Below, piece after piece: positions 11,212 through 24,610 of a stretch of DNA of 64,000 nucleotides; positions within the stretch are counted from its first letter, which is position 1, and every line of letters begins with the position of its first letter. Made by a program: the position numbers and the translations under genes. Origin of the DNA: Felis catus (Eukaryota); assembly GCF_018350175.1 (NCBI RefSeq), contig NC_058368.1:83144001-83208000 (forward strand), in the 5' to 3' direction. Below the pieces are notes generated by a model. The model made no database searches. It was given only the letters and a program-made list of their open reading frames with translations, and was not told the DNA's origin.

Positions 11212-11331
11212 GGAACACCTGTCTGGCTGAGTCAGCTGACCATCTGACTCTTGACTTTGGCTCATATCATCTCATAGTCATGAGATCTAGCCCTGCCTTG
11301 GGCTCCATGCTAGGCATTGAATCTGCTCAAG

Positions 11332-11373
<42 letters not shown>

Positions 11374-11392
11374 CCCTCCCCCACCTCAAAAA
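11212..11392 (+). mobile_element. Can-SINE (older subfamily) with (CT)n
   Basis: Degenerate head and (CT)n at about 11334-11369; TSD aaaaataca. Confidence 0.85.
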
Positions 11393-12461
11393 ATACAGAA
11401 CTCTTGAGATTTCTCATGGCCATTGCATTTATTTATGGATATTAGGTACTATTTTCCCCAAAGTCTTATCAACAAATAAGCAGAGCTATCCACCTTTTTT
11501 CACTTGCAGATATATGGGCAATAAAAAGTATGGTTAAGCCAAACCATTTTTCTTCTAATGATTTCCATACTTTGATTTTCTTGGAAAATCAGTTTTTTCA
11601 TATTGGGAAAAATCTGTTTTCTCATCATTAAACACATACATTAACTAGATAAATTTAAGTATCAATGGCCTCCTTTAGTTCTATGTCAATTGAGATGATT
11701 TTTTATAATATGCTTGGTTTTCCTACCTCATTTGCTCCTTTTTGCCTTCTATCATCCCTTTTGTTACATCAGTTCCATTTGATCTTTCCTTGTCCTCAGT
11801 TCCAACTTTATTTTTCCCTCCCAACTACCCATTGTCTTTTAGCTGACTACTCCACATTCACAATATGTTGTTCCTCTTTCTGCCTTTATATCTTTGCTCA
11901 TGCTGCCAAAGAAATTCTCATTAAGAAGCATAGACAGATTTTTTACAAGGTTGACTTATGGTGAAGTGGTAAAAATACCTTGAAATCAATCTAATAATTT
12001 TTAAGTGTTTGTTCGAGGTTTTCAGTCAGGCAATGATGCACAGATTAAGAGTTTACCAGTGATTTTCAAGAGTTATATTGTCTAGAGTTGGCATAGGCAG
12101 CTGTATTTAATTGGTGAAGAAAATTAAAATAAAAGAGAAAATATGAGCAGCATAGTGGATATAGAATAAAGGAAGAATTAGGAGGAATAAAGAAAGAAGG
12201 AAAAAGAGGAGGAAGGGATAGAAGCTAATTCCATGGCTGAATATATAGAAGAAGTGAAGAAGGTAATGAGCTTATTTTTAGATGTTATGTTTAAATTTTG
12301 TGGGGCACAAAAGAAAAGGTTGCTTAAAATATAATAGGTTTCAGGTTATAATCTGAGATCATTTGTTTAAAAAGATCATGAAAATTAATGAGAATACTAA
12401 AAAAGGTCACATATGAAGGAAAATAATTGTTTCATGGTTAAAGTTCAACATTACATAGAAG

Positions 12462-12463
<2 letters not shown>

Positions 12464-12525
<62 letters not shown>
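12464..12525. repeat. (TA)n microsatellite
   Basis: About 30 TA units directly visible. Confidence 0.95.
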
Positions 12526-12722
12526 CACCACCTGGGTGGCTGAGTTGTTTAAGCTTAAGCTTCAGACTTTGGCTCAGCTGTGGCTTATGAGTTTGAGCCC
12601 TGCACTGGCTTTGTGCTGACAGCTCAGAGCCTGGAGCTTCTTCCAATTCTGTGTCTCTTTCTCTTTCTCTGCCCCTCCCCCACTCGCGCTGTCTCTCTGT
12701 CAAAAATAAATAAACATAAAAA
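12526..12722 (+). mobile_element. Can-SINE flanked by TA-rich repeats
   Basis: cacctgggtggctgagttg...ctgacagctcagagcctggagc...aaaaataaataaacataaaaa. Confidence 0.9.
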
Positions 12723-13507
12723 GATATATATATATACACATATATGTATAAACACAAACATATGTATATATAATCCATATGCATATTATATACAATATAT
12801 ATTATGTATATATATATTATATAATATCTTAGAATAATACAGGCTTTAAGAGTAATAAACAAAAACAGAAATCCACAAGGTGTAGGTATAGAAAAAACAG
12901 AAATTGACTTATTTAGAATGTAAGTACCTTTTGCTGTGCTATGCAACTAATTGAGGAAAGATCTATATGACCTTGTATATGTCATTAATATTATTTAACC
13001 CTCATTACCTCATCTGTACAATTAGGATATTTTTATCTCCTTTACAGGTTTATTTTGATAAACTATAGCACTCCACACATAATAAAGCACCATAATATAT
13101 TTCATGTTTTACTTTCACAATTTAGAAAATGGCTCCAATTATGGTATGCTTACTTACTGACCTATCTTATGTTTAGTGATTGAATGTATAATTTTATCTT
13201 ATCAAAATTGTTAATCATTCAATATCAGTGAGTGTGAGCTCATCTTTATATCAGCCAGAAGAAATGTTCTAAAATGTTTATTGAAGAGTTCATGTTTGAA
13301 AAATAATAGTGGCTTAAAACACTGACTTATTACAACATAAATATAAAAATTTGGGTGAAGCAACCATCACTTTCAAATATGATTTTAAACATTGTTTTAT
13401 GCTCAATTCTACAAATATCAAAAATTTGCTTCCTAGTATTTGCTATAGTTGACCAAAAAGCATGCTGCTGTTTTGCTATTTTGGCATTATTATAAGTGGA
13501 TGGAATT

Positions 13508-13737
13508 GGGGCACCTCTTTGGCTCAGTCGGTTAAGCATCCAACTTTGGCTCAAGTCATGATCTCACAGTTTTTGAGTTCAAGCCCTGGGTCGGGGTCTG
13601 TGCTGATAGCTCAGAGCCTGGATCCTGCTTCAAATTCTGTGTTTCCCTTTCCCTCTGCCCTTCCCCTGACTGTGCTCTCTCTCTGTCTCTCTGTATCTTA
13701 AAAATAAATAAACATTAAAAATGTTTAAATTAAAAAA
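13508..13737 (+). mobile_element. Can-SINE
   Basis: Perfect 16-bp TSD ataagtggatggaatt (13492-13507 and 13738-13753). Confidence 0.94.
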
Positions 13738-14324
13738 ATAAGTGGATGGAATTAAATTTATTGGCTTTTTTCTATTCATTGATGTAATTATCATTTTTGA
13801 TGTTCAAATTTTTCCATTTTTGTCTACCATGAGTCTCTTCAATTTGTCTCCTGAGTCTTCACACATGATCCAGGTAATATTAGGTGTATTTCTTGCTATT
13901 CATCTGACACAGTGCAATGAGCCAGTCTTATCTAGCATATTCCCTGCTATACGCCTGACATTAGCTATTTGTCCAATGGTAAATTTAGTCTGAAATTATA
14001 TCAATCAACTGAAGTCGTCAGGTTACAGGTGCTTTTTTCTGTTGGCCTTGACTCTAGACTTTCTGAATGAAAAAAGTGGAAAAATACACAAATAAACATT
14101 TTATATTTATGTTCCAAACATTATGTTTCAAAATGTTTGTATTATGGCTACATACACAAACACATTTTAAATATATAATGTAATTTGTGTGGATTCCTAG
14201 TTTAATATGTAATTCTATCCTAAAAATAAGTAAAATGAGTAACAAAGAAAAAATCAACATCTCTTAGCTTTGTTGTATAATGCAGGTCACTAGGCAAATT
14301 AGTGTATCAAAAATTGAAGAGTAA

Positions 14325-14483
14325 GCAGCGCCTGGGTACCTCAGTCGGTTGAGCATCTGGCTTCCTCTCAGGTCATGATCTCATGGTTTGTGAGTTCAAG
14401 CCCCATCCCAGGTTCTGTTCTGAAAGCTCAGAGCTTGGAGCCTGCTTCAGATTCTGTGTCTTCCTCTCTCTACCTCTCTCTGC

Positions 14484-14514
<31 letters not shown>

Positions 14515-14532
14515 AAGTAAACATTATAAAAC
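14325..14532 (+). mobile_element. Can-SINE
   Basis: TSD aattgaagagtaa. Confidence 0.92.
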
Positions 14533-14689
14533 AATTGAAGAGTAAAATAAATGGATACAGAAAATGATAAGTTGCCTGTGCAGAAAACTCCATGGAAACA
14601 AGGGTTGAAACCTCTGAGGAAAAGAGTACAGAACTCCTTTTATCCAGTGTTATATCTAGTTTTGAACAAAAATTATAAGGCATATGAAG

Positions 14690-17600
14690 AGTCACAAAAC
14701 AGCTTGAGGAGACAAAACAAGCCCTAAAATCTGACTTACATATGGCAAGGATGTTGTAATTTTCAGACTAGGAATTTGAAATACCTATGGTTAAAATGCT
14801 CAATGCACTGATGGGAAAGAAAACATATATAAAACGTAAGAATAGATTCTAACTTAAGCAGTAGATTAGCATTCTAACAAAGAATAAATGCTAGAGATAA
14901 AAAACACTGTAACATAAATAAAAATGCCTTCGATGGGCTCATTAGTGTAATGAGCATGGATGTAGAACTGTAAGATTGAGGATGTGCCAACAGAAACTAA
15001 AAATGATTGAAACAGACACAAGAAACAGGCAAAATCAAAATGTGTAACATGCACATAATTGTAACAGCAGAAGGGGAAGAATGAACAGAAGAAATATCCA
15101 AAACAATAATGACTGAGAATTGCCTCTAAATTAGTGGCAGCCACCAAATCACAATCCAGGAAGCTCAGAGAATACCAAACAGGATAAATGTAAAACAACA
15201 ACAGCAACAACATGAACAACAAAAGCAAGCCTATATCTAGGCTTACAATTTTCAAACTTCAAAAATCAAAGATAAGGAATAAATCTTTAAAGAAGCCAAG
15301 GTGGGTGAGGAATACAGATTTACTCTATAGATGTAAAATATAATGACATTTGACTTCTCAGGAAAAAATGCAAGAAAGAAAATCATGGAGTGAAATATTT
15401 AAATTTTTGAAAGAAAAAATGTAATTCCAGAATTGCGACATTTGGAAGATTGTCTTTCAAAAATGAAAAGAAATACTTTCTCAGACAAAAGCTGTGGGCA
15501 TTTGTTACTAGTGCACGCCTTTCAAGAAATATTGAAAGTCATTATTCAGAAAGAAGAAAAAATATACAGATAATAAACTTAGATCAACATAAAGAAAAGA
15601 GGGTCGCCTGTGTGGCTTAGTTGGTTGTGTCTAACACTTGATTTAGGTTCACATCATTATCTCCCATGTGGTGAGATTGAGACTTACATTAGGCTTTGCA
15701 CTGCACATGGAGCATTAAACCTGCTTAGGATTCTCTTTCTTCCTCTCTCTATCTCTATCCCTCCCCTGCTCTCTCTCTCTCAAAATAAATAAATAAACAT
15801 AAAAAAGAAAAGAACTAAGAGAAGACATAAATTAAGGTAAAAGAAAGATTTGTATTTGATCCAACATGTTTGAATTATTAGCAAACATAGTTTTGATAAT
15901 TATAGATTATCCATAAGAGAAATTCATGATAACAGTGGTACAAGGATGAGGAGGAAAAATACTTGGCTATTATAAGATAAATGAAGTATTGGTGAGGATA
16001 TATATTGTAATCTTAAAGTGGATTTAAGAGTAGTTGTAATTGTATACTGCAGACTCTAGGGAAATAAAAAATTTTTAAAAAATGTATAATTTGCTTCAAA
16101 GGAGAAAAATGGAGTCACACATAATTCTCAATTGAAAAAAAGGTAGAATAAATATACAAGACAAAAATAAGAAAAAGAGTAAGGAAAACAAAAAGTAACA
16201 TGTAAGTAGATATTAATCCAAATATATCAATACTTTCTTTAAATCTCAGTTGTCTACACCAACTGAAAAATATTGATTGCCAGAGTGGATCAAAAAATGC
16301 ACTCTATATTATATGTTGTCTACAAGAGACACACATTAAAAGTAAAGATGAATTGTATGTATATAAATATACATATAAATTAAAATGAAAAGGGATGGAG
16401 AAAATGCACCATGTCAACAATAATCAATGCTGGAGTACTTATATCAATTTCAGGCAAAGGAAATTTCAAAGAAAGGGAAGTTATCAGAGACAAAGAGTCA
16501 CATTACCTATGACAAAATCATCAATTTACAAGAAGACATAATAACCCTTAACGTGTATGCACCTCACAAAGTATCATTATATGTGAGGCAAAAACTGATA
16601 AAACTGCAAGGAAGCATAAATGAATATACTATTATAGTTAGAGACTTCAAATCCTTCTATCAGAAATGGACAGATCTAGCAAGCAGAACAATTAGTAAAA
16701 GCATAGTTAAACATGAAAGCACTATCAATTAACTGAATATAATAGATATATATGAAATGCTTTACTCAAAAAAAGCAGAGAATGAAGTTTTTTCAAGCTC
16801 ACATGAACATTCACCAACATAGACCACATTCTGAGCCATTCAACTATTTAGAAAAACACAAATTGTTCAATTTCTGCTCTCAGAGCACAATGAAATTAAA
16901 TTAGGAATCAATAAAAGAAATAAAGCTGAAAACCCCCAATGTGTGAAGATTAAAAAACACACTTTGTAATAACACATGAATCAAAGGAAAAAAATTTGAA
17001 ATAAATTAAAAATAGTTTTAACCAAATGAAAATGAAAACACTTATCAAAATTTGTGGGCTACAGTAAAAGCATTTCTTAAAGGAAATCTTTAACTTTTAA
17101 CTCATATATTGAAAAGGAAGAAAATTCTAATAATCTAACCTTCTACTTTAGGAAACTGGAAAAAGTAGACAAATTAGATCTAAATTAATCAGAAAAAAAT
17201 AGAGAAGAAATTAATGAAATTTAAAACAGGAAATAAATAGAGAAAATCAGCAAAAGCAGGAATTGATTATTTGGAAAAAAAAAGAGTAAAACCAACAAGC
17301 TTCTAACCAAGCTAACTAATAAAAAAAGAGAGAGATAAAAGCCAAATTACAATATGAGACATGCAAGAAACTTTACTACAGATTCAATGCACATTAAAAA
17401 GATAATATAGTAATACTATTAAAAATTTTATGCCAAGAGCTTTGATAACCTAGGTGAAATAAATTTCTTTAATGAACATTGTGTCATAACTCACACAAGG
17501 ACAGACAATTTGAATAGGTCTATATATATTAAATAATTTGAATCACTAATTAATAACTTCCCAACTTAGAAAGCAACAACCTAGATTTGGTTTAATGATA

Positions 17601-19045
17601 CATTCTACTAAACATTTAAGGAAGAAGTTAAGCTGCTAATTCTATTCAGTCACCTCCAGCCTATACAAGCAGAGAAAGTACTTCATAATTCATTCTATGT
17701 GGTCAGAATTTCCCTAATGCTAGAATCATATAAAAAATTTCAAGAAAAGAAAGATATAGACCAATATCTCTCATGAATATTTTTTCTCAATAAAATACAA
17801 TCAAATGCAATTCAACAATGTTTAAACTTAACTATGCATCATGACCTAGTGGGATTTAGTTCATGTATGTAAGTCTGGTTCAACATTCAAATATAAATAT
17901 AATTCATCACATTAACAAACTAAAGAACAATAACATAATCATATAAATATATGCAGAAAAAGTTTGATAAAATCAAGAACCTACATGATAAAATCTCTTA
18001 GCTAAATGGGGACACAGAAGAATTCTCTCAACTTGTAAAGAAGATCTACAAAACACCTACAACTAACATAATACTTGGTGGTGAGAAATTAGTATCATTT
18101 CTATTAAGATCAGAAAAAGAATATCCCTTTTCACTACTCTCACTCAACATTGAATTAGTAGTCATACCTAGTGAACTAAGACAAGAAAGGGAAATAAAAG
18201 AATACAAATTTGGAAATAGAAATAAAACTACATTTGTTCATGAGGACATTATTTCTGTAGAAAATAGCAAAGAATCAACCGAAAATATCCTCCTGGAACT
18301 AATAAGGAATTATAGCAAAGTTACATGTAAATATACAAAAATTCATTGTTTTCTTATTATATACTAGCATTGAACAATTGTTACTTAAAATTAAAAACAC
18401 ATTACCATTTGTATTAGCACCATCCAAAATAAAATACTTAGGCATAAATCTAACAAAGGCTTATATGAAGAAACTAGAAAATTCTGATGGGATATACAAA
18501 AGAAAGAAAAAAAAACACTAAGTAAATGGAGAGATATCCTGTGTTCATGGATAGGAAGATTTAAAATTGTCAAGATGCTAGTTTTTTGTTTTGTTTTTGT
18601 TTTGCTTTTTTCAAGTTGAACGTATTCAATGTCATTTCATTCAAAATCCCTGGAGTTATTTTGCGTATATCAACATTTATTAAAGTTTATATGGAAGGCA
18701 AAGAATCTAGAAAAGCCAAAAGTGTTAAATGAGAAAAACAAAGTTAGAAGGCTGACACTATCCAATCTCAAGTTGTACTATAAAACTAAAGTAATCAAGA
18801 CAGTGTTATATTTGCAAAATAGAGACAGATATGCAGCAATGGACAGAAATAAACACTCACAAGCAAGCGACTGTTTTTTACAAAGGAGAAAAGCAATACA
18901 AGGGAAAAAATATGATCTTCTTAATAAATACTGTTGCAACAAATAAACATTCACATGTTGAAAAATGCATCTAGACAGAGACTTAACATTCTTCATGAAA
19001 ATTACCACAAAATGGATCATTGATTTCAATGCAAGACACAAATCC
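14690..19045 (+). mobile_element. Old degenerate L1 (ORF1 and ORF2 remnants)
   Basis: A-rich strand. Endonuclease-like residues (QEDIITLNVYAP..., IIVRDF) at 16427-16732, RT-region tatagaccaatatctctcatgaa at about 17755, and KLYYKTKVIKTV at about 18770. Confidence 0.85.
15601..15810 (+). mobile_element. Can-SINE nested in the old L1
   Basis: Degenerate head, CT tract, A-tail; TSD-like aaagaaaaga. Confidence 0.85.
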
Positions 19046-19492
19046 TTAACTCTCCAATGAGAAAAACAAATTTTGATTTTTTTAACTGTATATACAACAT
19101 AGACTCCAGATTTGTTAAAGATTTAAATATGGTATGCAAAGCTATAGACTTATTTGACATAATATAAAATCACCTTTCATATAAAGATAAATAAAACAAT
19201 TTATATGAAAATTCATATAAATGTAATTTATTCACTTAAAGATTTAGACTATTCATCTAGAAAAACTCATGCAAAGCTAACACACTGAGACATAGTGAAA
19301 GATAATATTTTCCAAGAATAAAATGAACAAACTAATAAAAAATAAAATATTCAAAAACACTACACATTAAAAATTTATGAAACAAAACAAAATGACACTT
19401 ATCTACAAAGATACATAGTTTCATTAATATTCAGACAAATGGAAATTTAACAATGATAAAATATTACTTTTTACTCAATAGGAAAATTTCAA

Positions 19493-19850
19493 CATGGATG
19501 GAACTAGAGTACATTATGCTAAGCAAAATAAGTCAGACAGAGAAAGACACATATAATTTCACTCATGTGGAATTTAAGAAACACAACAGATGAACATAGG
19601 GAAAGGGAAAGAAAAATAAGGTAAAAACAGAGGGAGGCAAACCATAAGAGTCTCTTAAATACAGAGAACAAACTAACAGTTGCTGAAGGGGAGGTGGGTG
19701 GGGCAATGGGTTATATGGGTGATGGACATTAAGGAGGGTACTTTTAGAGATGATCAATGGGCGTCATTCTAAGAGATAAATCACATGGTACTACTTCTGA
19801 AACCAAGACTACAGTGCATATTAAATAATTTGAAGTTAATTTTTTTTAAA
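19493..19850 (+). mobile_element. 5'-truncated L1 3' end
   Basis: catggatggaactagag...3' UTR; TSD aataggaaaat[t/g]tcaa at 19477-19492 and 19851-19866. Confidence 0.9.
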
Positions 19851-20849
19851 AATAGGAAAATGTCAAAAGCTAGATAATACTAAATAATAACAAGGATGTG
19901 AATAAATTAAAAGGTTCAGAACTGCATTTGAAAACGTTCTGATTTGGCAATATAGAGAGTAATATTCTGCTTCCTAGTTAATTTATATTTGCATGTAAAG
20001 TAGAAATTAACAATTTTGTTTGTGGCTATTAATAATGAATACACTCTAGTTATGACAGAGATTAGGAAATCATTCAAATAGTTTACAAACTAATTATGAA
20101 CAACTGTCTTCTGAATATGTGACTTCATATGTGATGGAAACACAAAAATATTCATTTTATTATGTTAAAATTTGGATTCCAGCAGTTTGGAGATAACATT
20201 GTTGTTCAGTCTTCAGGAAACCATATCTACTTCAATTATAACATAAATCACAACAGTTTGGGGAAAAATAAATAATTCTAAAATTAATATGGAAAATGAA
20301 GTAAAAAAGCATATGTAATAAACATAAAAAAAGAATGACAAAAGATGATGTCATCAGCGACATAAATGTTTTTAGAGATAGAAATCTAAACCAAGCAATA
20401 CTCTAATTAAAAAAACAAAAAAGGAATTTACATAAGAGATCCAGAATCAGAAAATAGAATATGGGAATTTGAAAATGGTATTAGATGGCATTATCAGTCA
20501 GTATAGAAGAGAATTAAACCCAAGATATTATTGTATGAAAACTGGATATATATATTAAATAATATTTATTTTTTGTTTTATAAAAATAAAGTAACAGTAA
20601 TTCATTTTTTAAATAAAATTCTTTGAAAAGAGATAAAAATACCAATAAACATGAGACAACTACACAAATTGGTAAAGAAAATGTATATCAACATTAGAAT
20701 GAGGAGCCATTTCTTACAAAATAAGCTTACAATTTTTTTTAAACGAAGCAATATAAAATGATTTTGAGAAATGATGAAACAAATTTCTCCATTTACATAG
20801 GTATTGAGTTCATAAAGTAGTCCATTAATTCTTACATGCAATTAAGACG

Positions 20850-21232
20850 ACTAACAGACACAGAAGAAATGCTCAACATCATTTGTCAACACGGAAATAC
20901 AAATCAAAACTACAATGATATATCACCTCATTGGCGATAATAGCTAAAATTAACAACACAGGAAACAACAGATATTGTTGAAGATGCAGAGAAAGGAGAA
21001 ACCTCCTGTACTGTTGGTGGGAATGCAAACTGGCACAGTTACTGTGTAACACATATGGTGTTTTCTTAAAAAGTTAAATTAGAACTACCCTAAGATCCAG
21101 CAATTTCACTACTAGGTATTTACCCAAAGGATACAAAAATACTGATTCAAGGGATACATGTACCCTGATGTTTATAGCAGCATTATTGACAATAACTAAA
21201 TTATGCAAAGTGTCCAAATATCCATCAACAGA
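20850..21232 (+). mobile_element. L1 ORF2 C-terminal fragment without a 3' UTR
   Basis: aaatgctcaacatca...ctgttggtgggaatgcaaactgg...gatccagcaatt...ccatcaac. Confidence 0.85.
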
Positions 21233-21939
21233 CATTTACCCTTCACAATATTGTTCCTACATAACAACTAAAGAAACAGTGTGTTTAACAAAATGTTACA
21301 TGCTTAAATGGTTTAAATAAACAGTAGATTAACTGAAGGATGAAGGTTCAGAATATGACAGAGTGAATATAAGGCAAGGAAAGGATATCAAAGTAAATAT
21401 AAATGGTTGGCATTTGGAAATCTGTAATTTCAGAGAAGAAAATATATTGCTGGAAAATACACAGAGTCATTATAGGTATGAATATATGAGAAAGACATGT
21501 CCAAAAGTCTTAGGATATCAAAATATTTTATGAAGAGAAAATTAACTCAGTATATTTGAGGATGATAAGAAACTGTAGTAGAATCAGAAAAAGAGTAACC
21601 ACAAATTGCAAGCTTTCAAAGAATCATTTGTAACAGTGCTGAAATCTTAAGCATAGGAATCTCAAGTTGAATGAGTTATTGGTGAACTTTAACAGAACTC
21701 TGTTTAGAATTCTAAGGCCAGAACACACAATGTGGAATGTATATATTTTATTTGAAAATAGAAAGTCAACTGCCTATTTATTCCTTAACATTATTCAGTT
21801 AATTGAAAGTTTGAAAATATGAGAGATTAGAAAAATGATTGAAAATGTCATAATTAACATGGAGAAATCAGGAGACAGAAAAAATATCAATCAAGGTGAC
21901 AGGCCCTTGAATTTGATCTTAAATATCAATAAAACTCAT

Positions 21940-22164
21940 ATTTTCAAATTGAAAACTAATTACATATGAAGTTCTAAGAGAAACAGTGGATGCTAACATA
22001 AAATACTATAATTGAAGAACAGGGACTGAATTCCCTAGAGGGATTATAAAGTTAAATCACAGATGACTTATTAAAATTGTGTTGCATAGATTTCCCCTGG
22101 AACTTAAAAAAGTTTTCAGTTATTCTGTGTGTAGTATCTTCTTGAGAACACCTAGAAGGTAAGC
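21940..22164 (+). promoter_or_regulatory. Putative promoter / non-coding exon 1 of the OR pseudogene; donor AG|GTAAGC at 22159-22164
   Basis: Paralogue of 60-294, with TAATTG and O/E-like ttccctagag (22031-22040) and tttcccctgg. Confidence 0.55.
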
Positions 22165-22475
22165 CTGAGAGAGAGTGTACGTTCCAAAACATATAAGGTA
22201 CTCTGGAGTTCAATCAAAGGGAATCAAAGTTTATTCAAAAGCATTATCTATCATAAATTTTGATATTTTGAAGCTTTTAAGTAGGGAAGCACTTCATGTT
22301 GATCTGCAACTTACCCCCTTTATATTCTCTGTAAAATAAATGTGTTTTTTTTTATATTTATCCCAGGTATTTTTGAAGATTAAATTAAATATACCTGTGA
22401 AGATGTTAAAAATGTAAGGTATTATTCAAAACAGTGTTTAAAATGCTAAACTGAGAATCATTGCAAAACTCTACC

Positions 22476-22691
22476 TTTTTAAAATTTTTTTAATGTTTTT
22501 ATTTATTTTTGAGACAGAGACAGAGCTTGAGCAGGGGAGGGACAGAGAGAGAGGGAGACACAGAATCCGAAGCAGGCTCCAGGCTCTGAGCTGTCAGCAC
22601 AGAGCCCATCATGGGGCTCGAACTCACAGACTGTGAGATCATGAGCTGAGCCAAGTTGGATGCTCAACGGACTGAGCTACCCAGGGGCCCC
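22476..22691 (-). mobile_element. Can-SINE (absent from the paralogous site at about 40140)
   Basis: Full body; TSD-like caa[a/g]a[c/g]tctacctttt. Confidence 0.93.
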
Positions 22692-24530
22692 ACAAGAGTC
22701 TACCTTTTATCTAGTCTATTTATTCTTGCTTTCAATCACTGTGAGGATAATATGGCCTTCGTTCAGTTGGATTAAACACATATAAAATAAGCATATAGGT
22801 TATCAATGTGGAACCAACAATTTAGTAAGAAAAACATAATATTTTCAAAAATATCAAAGGGAGCAGTAGTGGAGATTATTGCAAATTAGGGGGAAAGAGG
22901 AGTGACAAGAAAGTAAGTAATGATGGTAATTTGTTCATCTGATGATTTCATGCAGTGATACATGTATTTTGATGTGGATCTTTAAAGAATTAATTAATTG
23001 TACTTTATACAAAACCCTGAGAATTAAAACAAAATCTTAGAGACATTAGTTAACCTGTAAATTGACATAGGAGTTGGTGGTAGAGCAAGACTGTTAACTC
23101 ACACTTGTCTGATCTAAAGGTCCATAAAATTGCCTTTACATAAAACAGAGGTAGATGCCATACATCTTCTGAAAGTTTTGTATATGCAGATCTTGCTAGC
23201 TATTGAATGAAGAGGCATGGAGCAAGATAGCCTTATGTTCGAATTTGAGGGGATTTGTGAATTACAAAGGTAAAAGATTGCAGAAAAGCAGACATTCAAG
23301 TTGTAGACACTTCCTAAGAGACCTAAGCTTATATTTATCTCAGTTGTATCTTTGGAATCTGTAAGTAGAAAAATGTATACAGTTAGGGGAAGTAGAAAAA
23401 AGATATCTTGAAATAGAGGTTTGAATGACTTTCTGCAATACCTCAAAACAAGTTCAGCATGGATATGAAAATCTGCTATGCAGATAATTTGAGCCATTTG
23501 AGAATTGAAACTTTAAGAGGGGTGAAGAGGAGAATCCAGTATTCTTTGTAAAATCCAAAATTATTGTGCTGGGTGCAGAAAAGAATAGAAAGTTGTTTGA
23601 TCTGTAATATTGGGGTATTAGAAGGGCTTATAAATACTGATAAGCACTTCCAAAAGGCATCACCAATCATTTTTGAGAAATGTAACTTGAATTTTTTATA
23701 TATAAGCAGGGGATGGATTTAGGTGAATAACTTCTAAATTCCCATAAGAACATTTTTTTGCATACCATTTTATCTGTAACATACTGTTTAATTTATGTGT
23801 TTCTATAATGAAGGAGAGTATGGCTTCTCCATTGACATTATGCAGCGTATCTAGAACAGCCATGTAGGTGAAGTCATCCTAATATGCATTCAACCAAACC
23901 CTCCTTGTTTCACTTTTTTCTCCCTCATTCACTATCCCTCTAAGTTTCTCTACAACTCATTTTGTTTCTTGAATTCACACGTCTTTCAACATTCCACTGA
24001 ATGTCAACTGTCTTTATTTAGTCAACATGACTACTTTGCTCTGCCCTTCCTAACCCAATCCTTTAAATCTCCTTTCCTCAGAAGACTTCTTGAAGTTGGT
24101 GAATAGAATTAATAAAAACATAAATTATCTTTAACTAAAGTTGTGCTGTAGGCTATTTTTAAGTACTTATAGAGAAAACCTATTAACTCCAAACCATTAA
24201 TTATTTTTTGAGAAATTATATGGATAAGCTTTGATGAATTTATTAGACAATGTATAAAACAATGGAGTAATGTGCATTATGATGTTAACTTTATAGCACT
24301 ATGCCTATGTAAATTTCTCATGTTATTATATCTATACCTAAATACATTCTTATAAATATAACATAACATAATTCAAGATATTACTTCCAGGAGGTGATGT
24401 GGAGGAGCCCAGGATGACAGTATTCAGAAACAAGTGTCTTGACCACCACAAAATATTGTTCACTGTAGTTTCCTGTCATAGGGAATGAGGCAATGACACT
24501 TTATGGGATTGGTTTGCCAAAATAAGATAC

Positions 24531-24610
24531 AATGTAATGTAATGTAATGTAATGTAATGTAATAATATATAATATAATATAATATAATATGATATGATAT
24601 GATATGATAT
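24531..24610. repeat. Compound pentanucleotide microsatellite (AATGT)n(AATAT)n(GATAT)n
   Basis: Directly visible. Confidence 0.95.

Noticed and set aside
12407..12946. 179-aa minus-strand ORF
   Set aside because: Made of (TA)n repeats and an antisense SINE; low-complexity artefact.
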